Shown: positions 24,307 through 36,800 of the stretch, one piece after another
How positions within the stretch are numbered: the stretch's first letter is position 1
Layout of the letters: each line of letters starts with the position of its first letter
Origin: Hyaloraphidium curvatum SAG 235-1
Taxonomy: Eukaryota > Fungi > Monoblepharomycota
DNA: 64,000 nucleotides
Direction: 5' to 3'
Assembly (NCBI GenBank): GCA_025558095.1
Contig: JAIVFI010000003.1
Location: forward strand, 186,001-250,000
Made by a program: the position numbers and the translations under genes
The notes under the pieces: generated by a model
Database searches by the model: none
Told to the model about the DNA's origin: nothing
The model's input: only the letters and a program-made list of their open reading frames with translations

Positions 24307-25284
24307 TCATCGACCGTCGTCCGATACGGACGGGAACGACCCCGGGTGCGACTCCGGCGTGCCCGGGAGCGCGCCGGCGCCGTCCGCCGTCATCGCAGCC
24401 TCGTCATCGACCAGCTGCTCGAGAATCCCAATGATGTCGACGAAGGTCGGCCTCTCTGCCGGATCCTGGGCCCAGCACCGCGTGATGAGCTGCCAGTCCG
24501 CGTCTTGCATGCCGTAAGGCCGGGTGGGCCGCGTCCCATTCATGACCATCACTCGGAACTGCCGGTTTGTGTCAACCGACGGCCTGAGGGGTGTGAAGGA
24601 ACGCCAGACTCGCCTGCATGTGCCCCATAGAAGCGAACGGCCGGTAGCCGCCCCCGAGAACCTCGTAGGCGGTCAGCGCGAAAGCGTAGACGTCCGACGG
24701 CGGCCCCCTGGTCCCGTCGAACATCTCCGGTGCCATGTAGAGGGGCGTGCCGCCCGCCACGTCCTCCCGCTCGGCGGGCGCCGCCAGCGCGAACCCTTCG
24801 ACCTTGGCCTTCCCCCCGCACACGAGCACGTTGGCCGGCTTCAGGTCCCCGTGCACGAAGCCGCGGCCATGGATGTATGCCATGGCCCTCGCGGCGTCGA
24901 GAAGACGGCGGAGCGCCTCGCCCCGGTCCCACCCGCGGAGCTCCATGTGAGACCTCAGGTCGCCGTCGCCGAGCTCGACCACAAGCATTGGCGGGTCGGC
25001 GGTGGCCCCGATGAGCTGGAGGACTGCATGGTAGAAGCTGAGGATGCGTTTGGAGGGTGGCACACAGCGCGATGCCCACCGTTAGGATGCTGCAACCTGC
25101 CCCAGACCGCGATCTCCTCCGCCAGCACCTCGGCGGCTCCATCCCCGCGCGGCACCTTGACGGCAACCGGCGTGCCCAGGTAGCGCCCCGCAAAGACGCT
25201 CCCGAAGGCGCCGGCGCCCAGCTGTCGTTGGAAATCCACGGCCAGGTCGCGCGCGGGGATGAGCAGGTCTTCGCGCACGTCCAT
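24307..25284 (-). CDS. TKL-type protein kinase, probable pseudokinase (DFG to GFA)
   Basis: LGAGAFGSV, VAVK, HPN/VL, HGDLKPAN, KVEGFALA, GTPLYMAPE, SDVYAFA and CWAQDPAERPTF; two introns. Confidence 0.85.
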
Positions 25285-25637
25285 CGCGGTCGCGCGCGCC
25301 CGAAGTGACCCGCGGTCGAAAGGCGGGACCACGTAGCGCGCGGCGAGGTGGTCCCGCTGGTCTTCCGGGCGGGGGAACCGCGATGGAAAGGCGGGAGTGG
25401 CGACCGCGCCGCTGCTGGCTGCGACCGTGAGTGTCAGTTCCGCTTCGCGACCGACGATTCCCAGGCGCATCCTCCGCTTCCCATGTCATTCCGGCAGCAT
25501 CCTAGCACTGCAGACCTACATCCTTCACGGAGTAATCCCGACCTTTGGCTTCGCACGTCTCCCATTCATCCACGCCCCTCCAAACCTGCCCACCAGGCGA
25601 AACCAGCAAATCCGACCACCGCCCGCCCGCGGCCCGC

Positions 25638-27564
25638 TCACCCCGCCGTAACCAGCGCCTCGTGTGCCTTGGGCACGTCGTCCATCCGCCCCAGCGCCTC
25701 GGCGTAGAACGCGATCGCGTAGAGCTCCCCGTCCAGCGACTCGGACACGCCGAGCGTGCGGCGGATGTACTGCGGCTCGTCCGAGAGGTTGTAACCCGCG
25801 GCCTCGTCGGTCCCGGAGAGGACCCCGTCGACGTAGGTTTTGCGGTTGGTTTTGTCGGCCACCTTGGGGTCGAAGGTCACGGCAACAGTGTTCCCCGGGA
25901 TCGGGAGGCCCTGATGGAACGACTGGTCCAGTACCCAGAAGTACGAGTGGTACGCTAGCTTGGCTGCTTCCCCCCTTGTGACAGTGCGCAAGCAGTTCGC
26001 CTTCCCGGCCTTGGGGAGCCCGCACCGTACATACCGTACCCGCTCCCGTCTCTGGCCCGAACATCGGCAAAGAACCCGTGCCTTGCGATCGCCGAGAACG
26101 CTGAGGTCCCCGTGGGGATCGTCCCCGTCGGCATGGTGAGGAACCTGTGCGCGGCTTCGGATCCGCTGCCCCTGCCGGAGCGGAAGAACATCACGGGGGA
26201 GGCCGGCGTGGCCATCCGGAGGACGTAAGGGCGGGTCTCGGGTTCGCCGGTGGCGTGGCGCTGGTTGCCCGTCTGGTCGTACCAGATCGTCAGGTAGGCG
26301 ACGGGGTCGGGACCGAGCCATTTGGCGAGGTTGGTGCCGTCGGCCTGCATGGGAACGGTGAGGCCGGGTTCGGCGGGCTCACGGGCACAATCACCTTTGC
26401 GAGGACGTTGTTGCACGCGTAAAAGTCGGCGGACTGGCCGTCCTCCTTGGCGAGCTTGGCGACCGGGCCGTCGTAGTCCGCCACGATCTTGCTCAGGGCG
26501 TAGGCGCCGTTGGGCTTCTTGGGGAGGAACAGCTTCTGCGGCGGAGCTGCGATGCGGGATCGGTGCGTCAGGACGGTCTCTGCCCCGCGCCCGGCTGACG
26601 GTCACGTACGGCATCCGCGCGATCCGCCGCCGGAGCCATTGCTACCGGAGTCCTGGCCGCCGGAGCCGTTGGCGGGAGGTGCCGTGCAGGATCCGCTGCC
26701 GGCCTCGCTACCGGAGCCTGATCCGCCTCCAGCACCCTTGGCTGGGGGCGTTTTGGACCCCTTCTTCTTGCCCGGTTTCTCGCAGGCGAACTTCAGCGTA
26801 AGCGCCTGCAAACGGTGCGCGCGTCCGCGGACTGGGTCAGGCGCCGAACGGCCAGCCACGAGGCAGTCCCCGGACGACCCACCCCGTTCGTGCACTCTTC
26901 GGGAACCGGAAGCAGATATCTGCTTTGTCATCGCGCACGATGCCTTGCCGTCGCAGTTCTTGGCCAGGGTTTCCGCGACCTGTGCCAAAACGTCTTTGGG
27001 GAGCGCGCATGGGTCTTCCTCTGCATCCTCCCCCTCCGAATCATCGTCCCCCGAATCCTCGTCGTCGCCGCCCTCCGAATCCTCCTCCTCGTCGTCATCG
27101 TCGTCATCCTGCCTCTTGCGGAGCCTCCTCTCCGGGGCCTCGCAGCCGTCTTCGTCCCCGGCAAAGGCCACCGACTCGGGCGCCACCTTGATCAATGCGC
27201 CCTTTGTCTCCTTGCACGACAGCGCGAGGAACTGCCTGCCGCTGCACGTGAGCGCGGCGAACGTGCCCTCGCCCTCTCCCGCGGTGACGGTCGACGGGGT
27301 CAGCTTGGGCTTCTTCGGGGCCTTCGCGGCCTGCGCGGCGGCGAGCAGGAGCGCGAGGACGAGCCACAGCAGCGCGAAGCGCCGGGGCGCGGCGGCGCCG
27401 GGGCGGCCGGCAATCGGGAAATGTAATTGGATGTCGCGAGTGGCGCGGTGTCTCGGTGGGTCTCGTTCGGGGGGCGAGCAGCGGGAGCGAGGGACGACCG
27501 GCGTCAAAGGCGGGTGCAGGGCTGCGCGCGCCGGAGGGGCGTCAAAGACGGGTCCAATCGTCAT
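25638..27564 (-). CDS. Secreted modular lectin-like protein: SUEL/Gal-lectin-like domain, Gly/Ser linker, LamG/AbfB-catalytic-like domain
   Basis: Hydrophobic signal FALLWLVLALLLAAAQA; LSC..IKV..VAFAG..C..LAKNCDGKASC..LKFAC; then GAYALSKIVADYDGP..WLG..YLTIWYDQTGNQRHA..YVDG..LDGELYAIAFY. Several introns; start codon uncertain. Confidence 0.6.
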
Positions 27565-27831
27565 TTCAGGGGATCGCCGAGTCACACCGCTGAGGCCTCA
27601 TCCGTGCCTCGATGCCTTTGAGAAGACTGATGAAGAAAGTCTAGTCATTCAATGCTTCCGTAGGCGGATGGCTCCGGCTCCGGCCTCGGGCCATTTCAGC
27701 CAGAAGGTTGAACCCTGGGACCCAGAATCGCTGCCCCCGTCCGTCTTAGTCACCCAGGATTGGGCGCGCGCGAAATCCGACCCGCCCCCCGGGCTGCACG
27801 GCACCGCCGCGCCGTTCCGTTCTGCGGCTGC

Positions 27832-30800
27832 ATGCCACCCTCCACATGCCGCTGGCGGGCGGAGGGCCGCGCTGCCAGGCGGCGGCGCCGCGCCGGGACG
27901 CTCCTCGCGGTGCTGCTCCTCGCGCTCGTCCTGCTCATCGCCCCCGCCGATGCGCGTCTGAGATGGGACGCGGAGGCGAGGCGCGCGTTGGCGGCGGGAA
28001 GGCCGATGCCGGAGCTGCGGGAACGTTCGCCGGGGACGGAGAGGGCAGCAATGTCGGGTGCCGGAGCAGAACACATGATCCGGGCGCGGCAGAACAACGC
28101 AGGCGACGACGAGGAGCAATCGGAGGACGAAAATGATGATGAGGCCGCAGATGGGTGGGAAAGCGAGGAACCGGATGAGGGAGACGAGGAGGGTGGGTCT
28201 CTCTTCCGCCGGCTGCTTTGTATGGATCCCGCGAGCAAGACTAACTCCGGACCGAATCTCCAGCGGGCGAAGAAGACTCCGCAGGCGACGACGCCGGACC
28301 GGACGACGAGGACGATGCGGAGGATGGCGCGGACGAGGAGGCGGAATCCGACGAACGGGAGGTGGGCGAGCGTGGTGTGGTTTCGCGGACCGGAGTCTCA
28401 TGTTGTCATCGCTCCCCAGGAGGAGCCCGCCGACGTGTCCGGCGAGGAGGAGGAAACCTCGGAGGAGGATGTGAACGAACCGGTGGCGGAGGATGGCGGC
28501 GAGGACGAGGCAGAGGAGGACGAGGTGCGGACGCGTCGCCCATGGGCCTGCGGGACGCGTTTCTGACCGTGCTGGTCGCAGGCCGGGTCTGCGGAAGCGC
28601 AAGGCGACGCTGCGGAGGAAGAAGAGGGAGAGCAGGAGGTCCGCCGGCTTGCAGGACGGCCCCAGTCCCTTTGTCACTGAGCTGCTTTCCGCAGGGCGAC
28701 GAAGCGGCGGAACAGGAGGACTCGGAGGATTTGGTGGAGCCGGAGGAAGCCGAGGATCTGGCGGAGCCTGAGGAATCCGAGGATTCGACGGAGCGGGAGG
28801 AATCGGAGGACTCGGGGGATTCGGAGGAATCCGAGGATTTGGCGGAGCCCGAGGACTCGGAGGACTCGGAGGATTCGAAGGAATCCGACGATTTGGCGGA
28901 GCCGGAGGAATCAGACGACGTACGCCGCTTCGGAACTGGACAGATTTCCGTTTGGTTGACTTCCGGCGATGTTCGGCAGGATCAAGCGGCTGACGACGAT
29001 TCGGAAGGAGAGCAGGAACAAGGCGAGGGCGCCGAGTCTGACGACACCGAAGTAGCTGCCCGCGTGTTTCCTGGCGGGACTGCGTTCCTGATGCCTGCTG
29101 GCAGGTTGACGAGGACGAGGAGAGCGGGGACGACGACGACGATCAGGAGGAATCGGAACAGGAGGACTCGGAAGACGAGGAGTTCTCCGAAGCCGACGAG
29201 TCCCTCGCCAGCGTCCTCGGCGTGGAACCAGACCGGGCCGTGGAGCTCAAGTCGGCGGCGGAGCAGGCGGGCTTCAAGGTCGCTCACTGCGCCCACAGGA
29301 CGGCGCTCGAAGCCGAGCTGAAGGTCGACGACAGCAAGCTGGTCCATTCGGCGTGCACCGGCGTCGCGCCGGACGACGATCCGGAGGGCGCCGTGATCTT
29401 CCTGCCGGATCTCGCACAGGCGAAGGAGATCGCCGGCATGCTGCCCGAGGAGCTCGCACCGGCCCTCAACTGCGCCCAATCTACGCTGGAGAAGCTGGAT
29501 CTCCCTGCCGGAGTCAAAGTTGCGATCGGCGTCGGACCCGACCGAGGAAACGAGACCCCGCAGCCCGAAGCTCCGGCACCGCCGCCACCAAGCAGGCGCC
29601 TGGAGAAGCGGGACGGCTACGCAGCCAAGTGCCGGATCCGCATTTCGCTCCGGCCGAATGCCGGTTTCCAATTCCTCAATCTCAACGGCATACGCCTCCT
29701 TGATCGTACCGGGCAGCCCATCCAGGTCCTCGAGTCGGACATCTCCTTCGGGCAAGAAGGAGAAGGGGTCGGGGCTTGGAGGGAGTGCTTCAACGGTGGC
29801 CGCGGGTGCCACTCGGCCATCAAGCCCCAGGACACATACCCCTGGTTTTCTGCGTCATTTGACTGCACCCGCGGCCTCACCAGGATCACCGTGCTCAACG
29901 CCGGTCACGATCAACATCGGATCAATGCGTACATGCTGGTGCTGTACGGTCGCAGCGGAACTAGCGTTGCAACGTGGTCTTTTCAGGTACAGTCGCATGG
30001 CCCGCGAGCTTCCAGGAGGCCAGGCCGTTGACTCGGCACGACAGGATTCCCGTCAGGAATACAACTTTGCGGTAGATATCGACTATTGCACGGCACGAAT
30101 CGCCCCTAGACCCGGCATGATGAGCTTCATCAACATTCGCGAGTTTTCGGTCGACCTGTTCGATCCGAACCAGAAATACAGGCCGCCCATCGTCGGACAC
30201 GTCAGTAGTGCATGGGCCTCGGATCATCCCCCGGCCAATTGCTACGATGGCAACTTGAATGACTGGATTTGTCACACTGCCGGTATGTCTCTCCGCATTC
30301 TCGAACGGTTTGGCTCTAAGCTTCCTGCTCCGCCCCAGAATGGGACCCGGTGCCCAGCGCGACGCTTCAGTTTTGGTGCGGAGATCCAGGAGACGGGAAC
30401 GGCGGTTGGTCAGGAGTACTGGTGAACATACATAACCGCCTGGACTGCTGTGGGTAACTTGGACGTAGCTTCGTCGCCAGCGCTCATAGCTTTATCGTTC
30501 CGCAGGCTGGGAGCGGATCAAGCACTTTCAGGTCGAGTTCCTGGACCGGGGTGGAGTGCCGTTCGCTCAAAACCACTATATTGCGCACAACGACGACCGT
30601 ATCCCGCTTTTCGAGATCAGGAGAGCATTCCCTTCGAGGCGGTGCGGGATCCATATTTTCTTGAAACCCGGCGTGCCTCCCGACTATCTGAATCTTCGGG
30701 ATGTCAAGCTCACGGCGCGCACAGGCCAGGTGGCTGCGAATCAGCTCGATTACTGGTTGTCCAGCGAGGCTTCGCCGGCGAGCTCCTGCTTCGACGGAAA

Positions 30801-33800
30801 CGACGCTTCAATTTGCCACACGGCGGGTAGCGACTACAACCCGTCGCTCACCGTGCGGTACGATTGCGCTATCGACGTGGACTACGTCGAGATCTACAAC
30901 CGCATTGACTGCTGGTGGGGAGGAAAGCTAGCCCCTTTCTGCTCTCTTCTCACCTATAGTCCGCATGGCAGCAAGCAGCGCATCACCAACTTTGCCTTGA
31001 CCTTCTTTGACGCGTTCGGCACGGCCATTCGGAGCCCGTACCAGTTCCAGTACGCTCTCGACATGTTCCGCATCAGCGCCTCGGAACCCAGCTGGTGTTC
31101 TGTGCGCATCGTTCTCAAGTCGGGAGCCGGTCCTTCGAACCTTCAATTGCGCGACGTGCGCCTCATTAACGAGGACGGACGCGCTCTGCACGCGTCGGAG
31201 CTTCAGATCGCCATTAGCTCCGAATGGCCCACACTCGGGGTCGGCTATTGCTTCGACGGTGACATGGGGACCATTTGCCACTCGAGTGGCGACGACCAGA
31301 GCCCGAAGCTTGCCGTGCGCTACGACTGCTCCAAGAAGAAGCTGCAGCGCGTCGAGGTGTACAATCGGATCGATTGCCCGCCAGAATGGAAATGCCCCGG
31401 CAAACTCAACTCGTTCAGGCTCGAATTCTTGGATCCCACGGGCTCGGAGCTGCGCGCGCCCTACGACTTTGAGGGTGGCAGGGGGGAGTATTTCGTGCCC
31501 GCGCAGTACGCCGTGTGCACCGTGCAGATCCGCATGAATCCGGGAGAAAGATCGGGAGAGTTTTTGAATCTGCGGCAGGTGAAGCTGTTCGACCAAAACG
31601 GCCAGATACCGTCGTCGGAGCTCCTGACAGCCTTGGCTCCGGACTGGCCAGCGGAGTACCCCGTCGGCCGGTGCTTCGATGGTTCCACCGCTCTTGATAA
31701 CATGTGTCATACGGGATCGTCGACGGAGGCTTCGCTGACCATCCGCTACAACTGCGCAATGAGGCAGTTGTCACGCGTCGAGGTCTTCAACCGCTGGGAT
31801 TCGTGCGGGGCTTTGTGCGCGGACCGGCTCAACAAGTTCCAGCTCGAGTTCCTGAGGCCGGATGGCAAGCCTTTCCGATTTCCGTACCACTTTGCCGGTG
31901 GACGCCAACTCTACAATGTGGGCGAAAAGTGCGCGATCCGGTTCGTGCCTCCTTCGGAGAAACCTGAATTGCGCCTGCGGGAGCTGCGGCTCTTTGGAAC
32001 GGACAATGCTCTCTTTCCGCCCTCGGATCTCGTTTTCGGAGCGGACTGGAGGGCGTGCTTCGACGGCAACGACAACACCCAGTGCATCATCCCGGCGTCG
32101 GCAGCGGACGAGACTTATGTCGTCAGATACCCGTGCACGAAGACTGTTCTGACGCGCGTCGAAGTCGTTCCGGCCGAAGGAGATTCCTCGATCACGCGGT
32201 TCCAGTTAGAGTTTCTCGACGCGGCCATGTTTCCGAGCCGCGAGCCCTCGTTGTTCAAAACGTGGAAGGCCCTGTACACCATCACGGCCGGATCGACTGG
32301 TGAGCTGGATGCCTTTCGTGGACGTCCGGTGCTGACATTGTGCTCTCTTCCCGTACAGCCAACATCGCCGCCGCCTCGGATCTCGAAGCCGAGTTTAATG
32401 TGAGCTGCTTTCCTTGAAGGATCTGCGGGCTGTGGAGCTAACCGGCACTCGCCATACATACAGGCCGCGCGTACAGCGGCGGAGGCAAAACCCGTCGCAG
32501 AAACCCCCGCCGTGAGCGCGCAGCTTTCTGCTCCATTGATGGGCTGCTTATCAGTCACTGCCTCTCTCCAGAGCCTCCAAGCCGCTTTCGAGAAGAACAA
32601 GCTGGATTGGCCGACCCTGAAGAAGGACACCGCCTGTCCCGGTGGCTATTCGCCCTTCGGATCCAAGGAGCGGGGAGGCTTCTGCTGCTCTGGGGACGTC
32701 TCACCCGACGGGCTGCAATGCACCGGCGGCGACTATTGCGGGTTTCCCGGAACCCCGCGCCCTCCGGACGCCAAGTGGAAAACTTGCCGAACAACCTCCA
32801 AGATCGTGTGTCCGGCGGGCTACGCCGCGTTTGGCGACTACTTGGGCGGCTTCTGCTGCAAGGGCAAGATCGCCGCCGACGGAAGCTCCTGCGATGGCGA
32901 GTCGTGCCGGATTCAAGGGGTGAGCAAGTATTGGCTTTTCGCAGCCGTTTCTTATACTTCACCGTCAGAACAACCGCACGGAGAGCGTGCCCTTGTGCAG
33001 GAGCGGGGTGCCCGCAGCAGAACCGCTGACTGTGGAAGCGGACCTGCGAGCCGCCAAAGACCTCCCGCCAGCTCATCCAAAGCCATCAGGTCCCGTGGAC
33101 GAAAAGGAGGTCTTCAATTATGTTTGCGCATCGGGAACCTCGCCCTACGGAACTGGTTTCTGCTGCGGCGGAGAGGTTTCCGCCGACGGAGCCAAATGCT
33201 TGAGCGGCGCAAGCTGCGCTTTCCCGAGGAACGCAGACAACCAGACTGCGGCATGCCGTGACGGCCAGCGGTACATATGTCCGCGGGGCTCCGTTCCGTA
33301 CAACGATGCTCGAGGCGGGTTCTGCTGCAGCGGGCGCGTGAAGGACCCCCCGGGTCTCTCGTGTGAGGGCTCATCGTGTGCCTTCACGACGAATGGCCGG
33401 CCGCAAGGACAGCCGTTCTGCGATGGCTCGATTGTCAGGGATGTTTCCGTACTGGAGGATGCTTCTGCCGTGAAAGTGTCGTCGCCGCCGCCCGAGGTTG
33501 TCCCGGGCGACTCGGAGCCATCTCCCGGTGTGGACGTGGGACATCTCGCGCTATCGTGTCCCGGGCTTCCGTCGCACGGCTTCAACCGGCGCCTCAGTAT
33601 CCGTCTTACCGGTGCCGTTCCCTGGTCAAAGGCTCTGCCGCTGGCGAATCTGCTGCTGAACAACAATCCGTTCGAGCTGCCTGACGGCATGGGGAAGCTC
33701 TCGGACGTGGCAAAGATCGTGCACGTGGCCATGGACTTTGACGCCCTGCCGGCGATCGCGGCGGCCAACGTCATCATCCAGGTGCCCAACGTGACGGTGT

Positions 33801-36800
33801 CGCACGATTTTGGCCTCGTCGACATCACGGGCAACCTCGCGTACGGCTCCGAATCGGGCGCGTCCTTTGATCTTTCTGGATCCGGGCGGCTGCCCGGGCT
33901 CGCCTCGGGCGTTCCTTTTCAAATGGCGCTCCTGACGGACGGCGACATGATTCCCTTGACGCTGGCTACGCAGGACCGGCCCTTGACGCTGAACTCGATG
34001 CTGACCGGCATGCGGATGCAGTCTGCCTATGGCGACCTGCCGCAGGTCCCGCTCTTGTCGTCCAAGTTGGCGGAGTTTCTCCAGATCCAGATCAAGAACG
34101 TCGTTCTCTTTTTCTGCAAACCCGGGGCGAAGTCTCGCGGCTGCGTGCCGCGCGCCTCGATCAACATCCTCGTCCCCTCGAGCCTCCTGTCTTTCGACAA
34201 CAGTCTGCTGCCCGTGTCGTTGAACGACGCACTCCTTACGGTCTCCATGGTGGACGTCTTCTCCTCGTCGCGGAGCCTCGAGTTCCGCATCACCGGGAAA
34301 TGGAACGTCGCCGGGGTGCCGCTCGTGCTGACGGTGATGCGCGCTCCCAGCGAGGAGCAGCTGGATCTGACGGACTATTCGGGGACCGACGACCAGCCCT
34401 CGAGAAGGCCGCGACTCGCCGCGCGCGAACATGTCCTCGATCAAGACGATTCCGAGAGCGACCGAGACGTTGAGCTCGATGCGGATCGTGGCGTCGTGGA
34501 TGACGCGGTTGGATCCGATCGCGTCGCCGAGGACGTCGTCGGGCTTTCCGGCATGCCTTCCATTGAGGTGGCTGGGGACGACGGTCTATCGGACGCGCTT
34601 CCTGCAACGGACGATTCCTGGGTACAGTTTCCGGACCTGTCGCACACCTTCAGCGCGGGAGCCGGGTTCTTCGACGTCCCTCTCGCTCATGTTAACCACC
34701 ATCTTTACCGTACCCATCTCGAGAGGCGCGGATTGGATCCTGCGCTGGCACACCGGCGCCATCTGCTGCGGAACGAGACCACTCGCACACTCCAACGACG
34801 CGAAGCTAAGGATGAGTCTGGCGCGGCGCACTCCAAGTCGCGGACTGTGCTGGCAAAAGCCAGGCCGACTGCCGCAAGGAGGGTTGCAAAGTCGCCGAAG
34901 AGGAAGCCCGGGGTGCGGGTGCCGAAGGGATCGTCCGGCATGTGGGTCGTCTCCGCGGTGGCTCCGAGTCTCCAGCTGGGCAAGCTTCTGGATGCTTTGT
35001 CTGCCAAGATCCTTCCTTCGGGTGCGTCCGTCTGATACGTGCCCGTTTCCCGGCTAAGTATCGCGGTCAACAGGCGAGGTTTCCGACGTCGTCAGGAGCA
35101 CGGGCTTGGACGACTTTGAGATCAAGGATTTCGGCTTGATGCTCGTACTTGGCCAAAAGGAGCTGTTTCTTCGCCTTTCGGGCTCCACGGACAGGCTTCC
35201 CGGCGAACCCAGGGTCCAGATCGTGGTGAAGCGCGAGGTCGGGGGCAGCTTTGAGGGCGCGATCGCGCTTGGTGCCAAGGGCGAGATCTTTTCCGAGACG
35301 ATGCGCAAGTTTGTGCCCGGTTTCGAGCTTCCGGGTTTGGACCTCGTCGCCTCGGGGCTCACGATGGGGATCATTATCTCTAGCAAGACCATGGAGCTGA
35401 CCAACAGCGCGCTTGCGCTCTACAGCCCGCTCGACTACATCGGGTCAATCCATCGGGGCCTTGAACTCAACCTCCGGATGGGCCTCCCCAAAACGTGCTC
35501 CGGATTTTGCGATGTGATGAAGCAGCTTCTCGGCCCGGACGTTGGCCTGCAGGTCATGGTCATCGTGGACTCTTCCTCCGTGGTACTCGGTGCGGGCGTC
35601 ACGGACGTCAAGATCACCGACGGGCTCACGTTGCAGTCCGTCAAGTTTGAGGCCAGCTTCAGCAAATCTGCAGGAGCGATGATGAAGCTCATCGGCACTC
35701 TGATGCTGGACGTCGATTCTAGCCAGCCGCCGCTCATTTTTGATGCGTACGTTGGCGTGAAAGGTGCAAGCGTGTTGCTGGGAGGCAAAATGAAGGGCAT
35801 TTGGCGCAAGGCTTTCGGCTGGGACCGGCTGGCGGTCGGAAACTTGGTACTCGAAGTCGGCATCACAGCTGCTCTCGGGGCACCTTCGATCTTGATTGGG
35901 GGGGAGGTTGCAATCGGCAAGAACTGCTACACTTCTTCGGACACGTTCGACCTCAGCAACAACAAGTGCTTTGGTGGCGCGGTGTACATCGGCACCGACC
36001 CGGTCAACCCGCAGAGCAACTGGTTCGTTGATTCCGGAGTCACTCTCTGCACACACCTCACTCTATGAGCGCTGGCAGGTTCGCGGGCGAGCTCAACAAC
36101 GTCGATCTCAGGCACATCATCGGGGCCTTCACCGACAACGAGCCCGACGAGAGCGTGTTCCCGAAGCCGCTGCTCAACTCGGGCTTTCCTGGGAAACTGC
36201 AAGTGTCGTACTGTCCCGCAGGAGGCTGCGAGGTTCCCGGCCACTCGTTCGGGATGGGTTTCTACCTGAATGGGTCAGGAAAAGTTGGGTACCGTTTCAC
36301 GCTCAATCTCTAACCTTGTTCCACTGCCAGAACCATCAACATCTTCGATGTGACGGCCCGCGCCGAAATCCTCGTATACCCGTCGAAGCAGATCAAGCTC
36401 GACTTTGAGCTGTCTCCACTCAACCTCGCCAACGGCCTCATCGTTGCCTACTACAGCAAGGAGGATTCGTCGCGGGGTCCCCGCCTCAAGCTCGACATTG
36501 AGTACGCCAGGATGGACAAAGCCACCCTGCTGCTCAATGGCTATGTGAAAGTGTTCCTATTTGAAGTCGAGGCCGCGATCGAGATTTCGCCCACGGTCGG
36601 TGGATCGTCGTGCGCTTTTCGCGTCTCTGCTAACCATCTCCCCAGCACTACAAGATCGAATTCGAGGCATCCTACTTCGCGTTTCATGCCAGTTTCTTGC
36701 TGCAGGCGCAAATCGGAGCAAGACTGGGTGCGAGCCTTCGGTCCACGATTCGCAACGGCCATCTGACTCCACATGCAGCCTTCCGAATGCAGGCCGAGTT

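Noticed and set aside
28708-28920. CRISPR-like periodicity
   Set aside because: The units are contiguous degenerate 27-nt coding repeats with no unique spacers, in a eukaryotic context.
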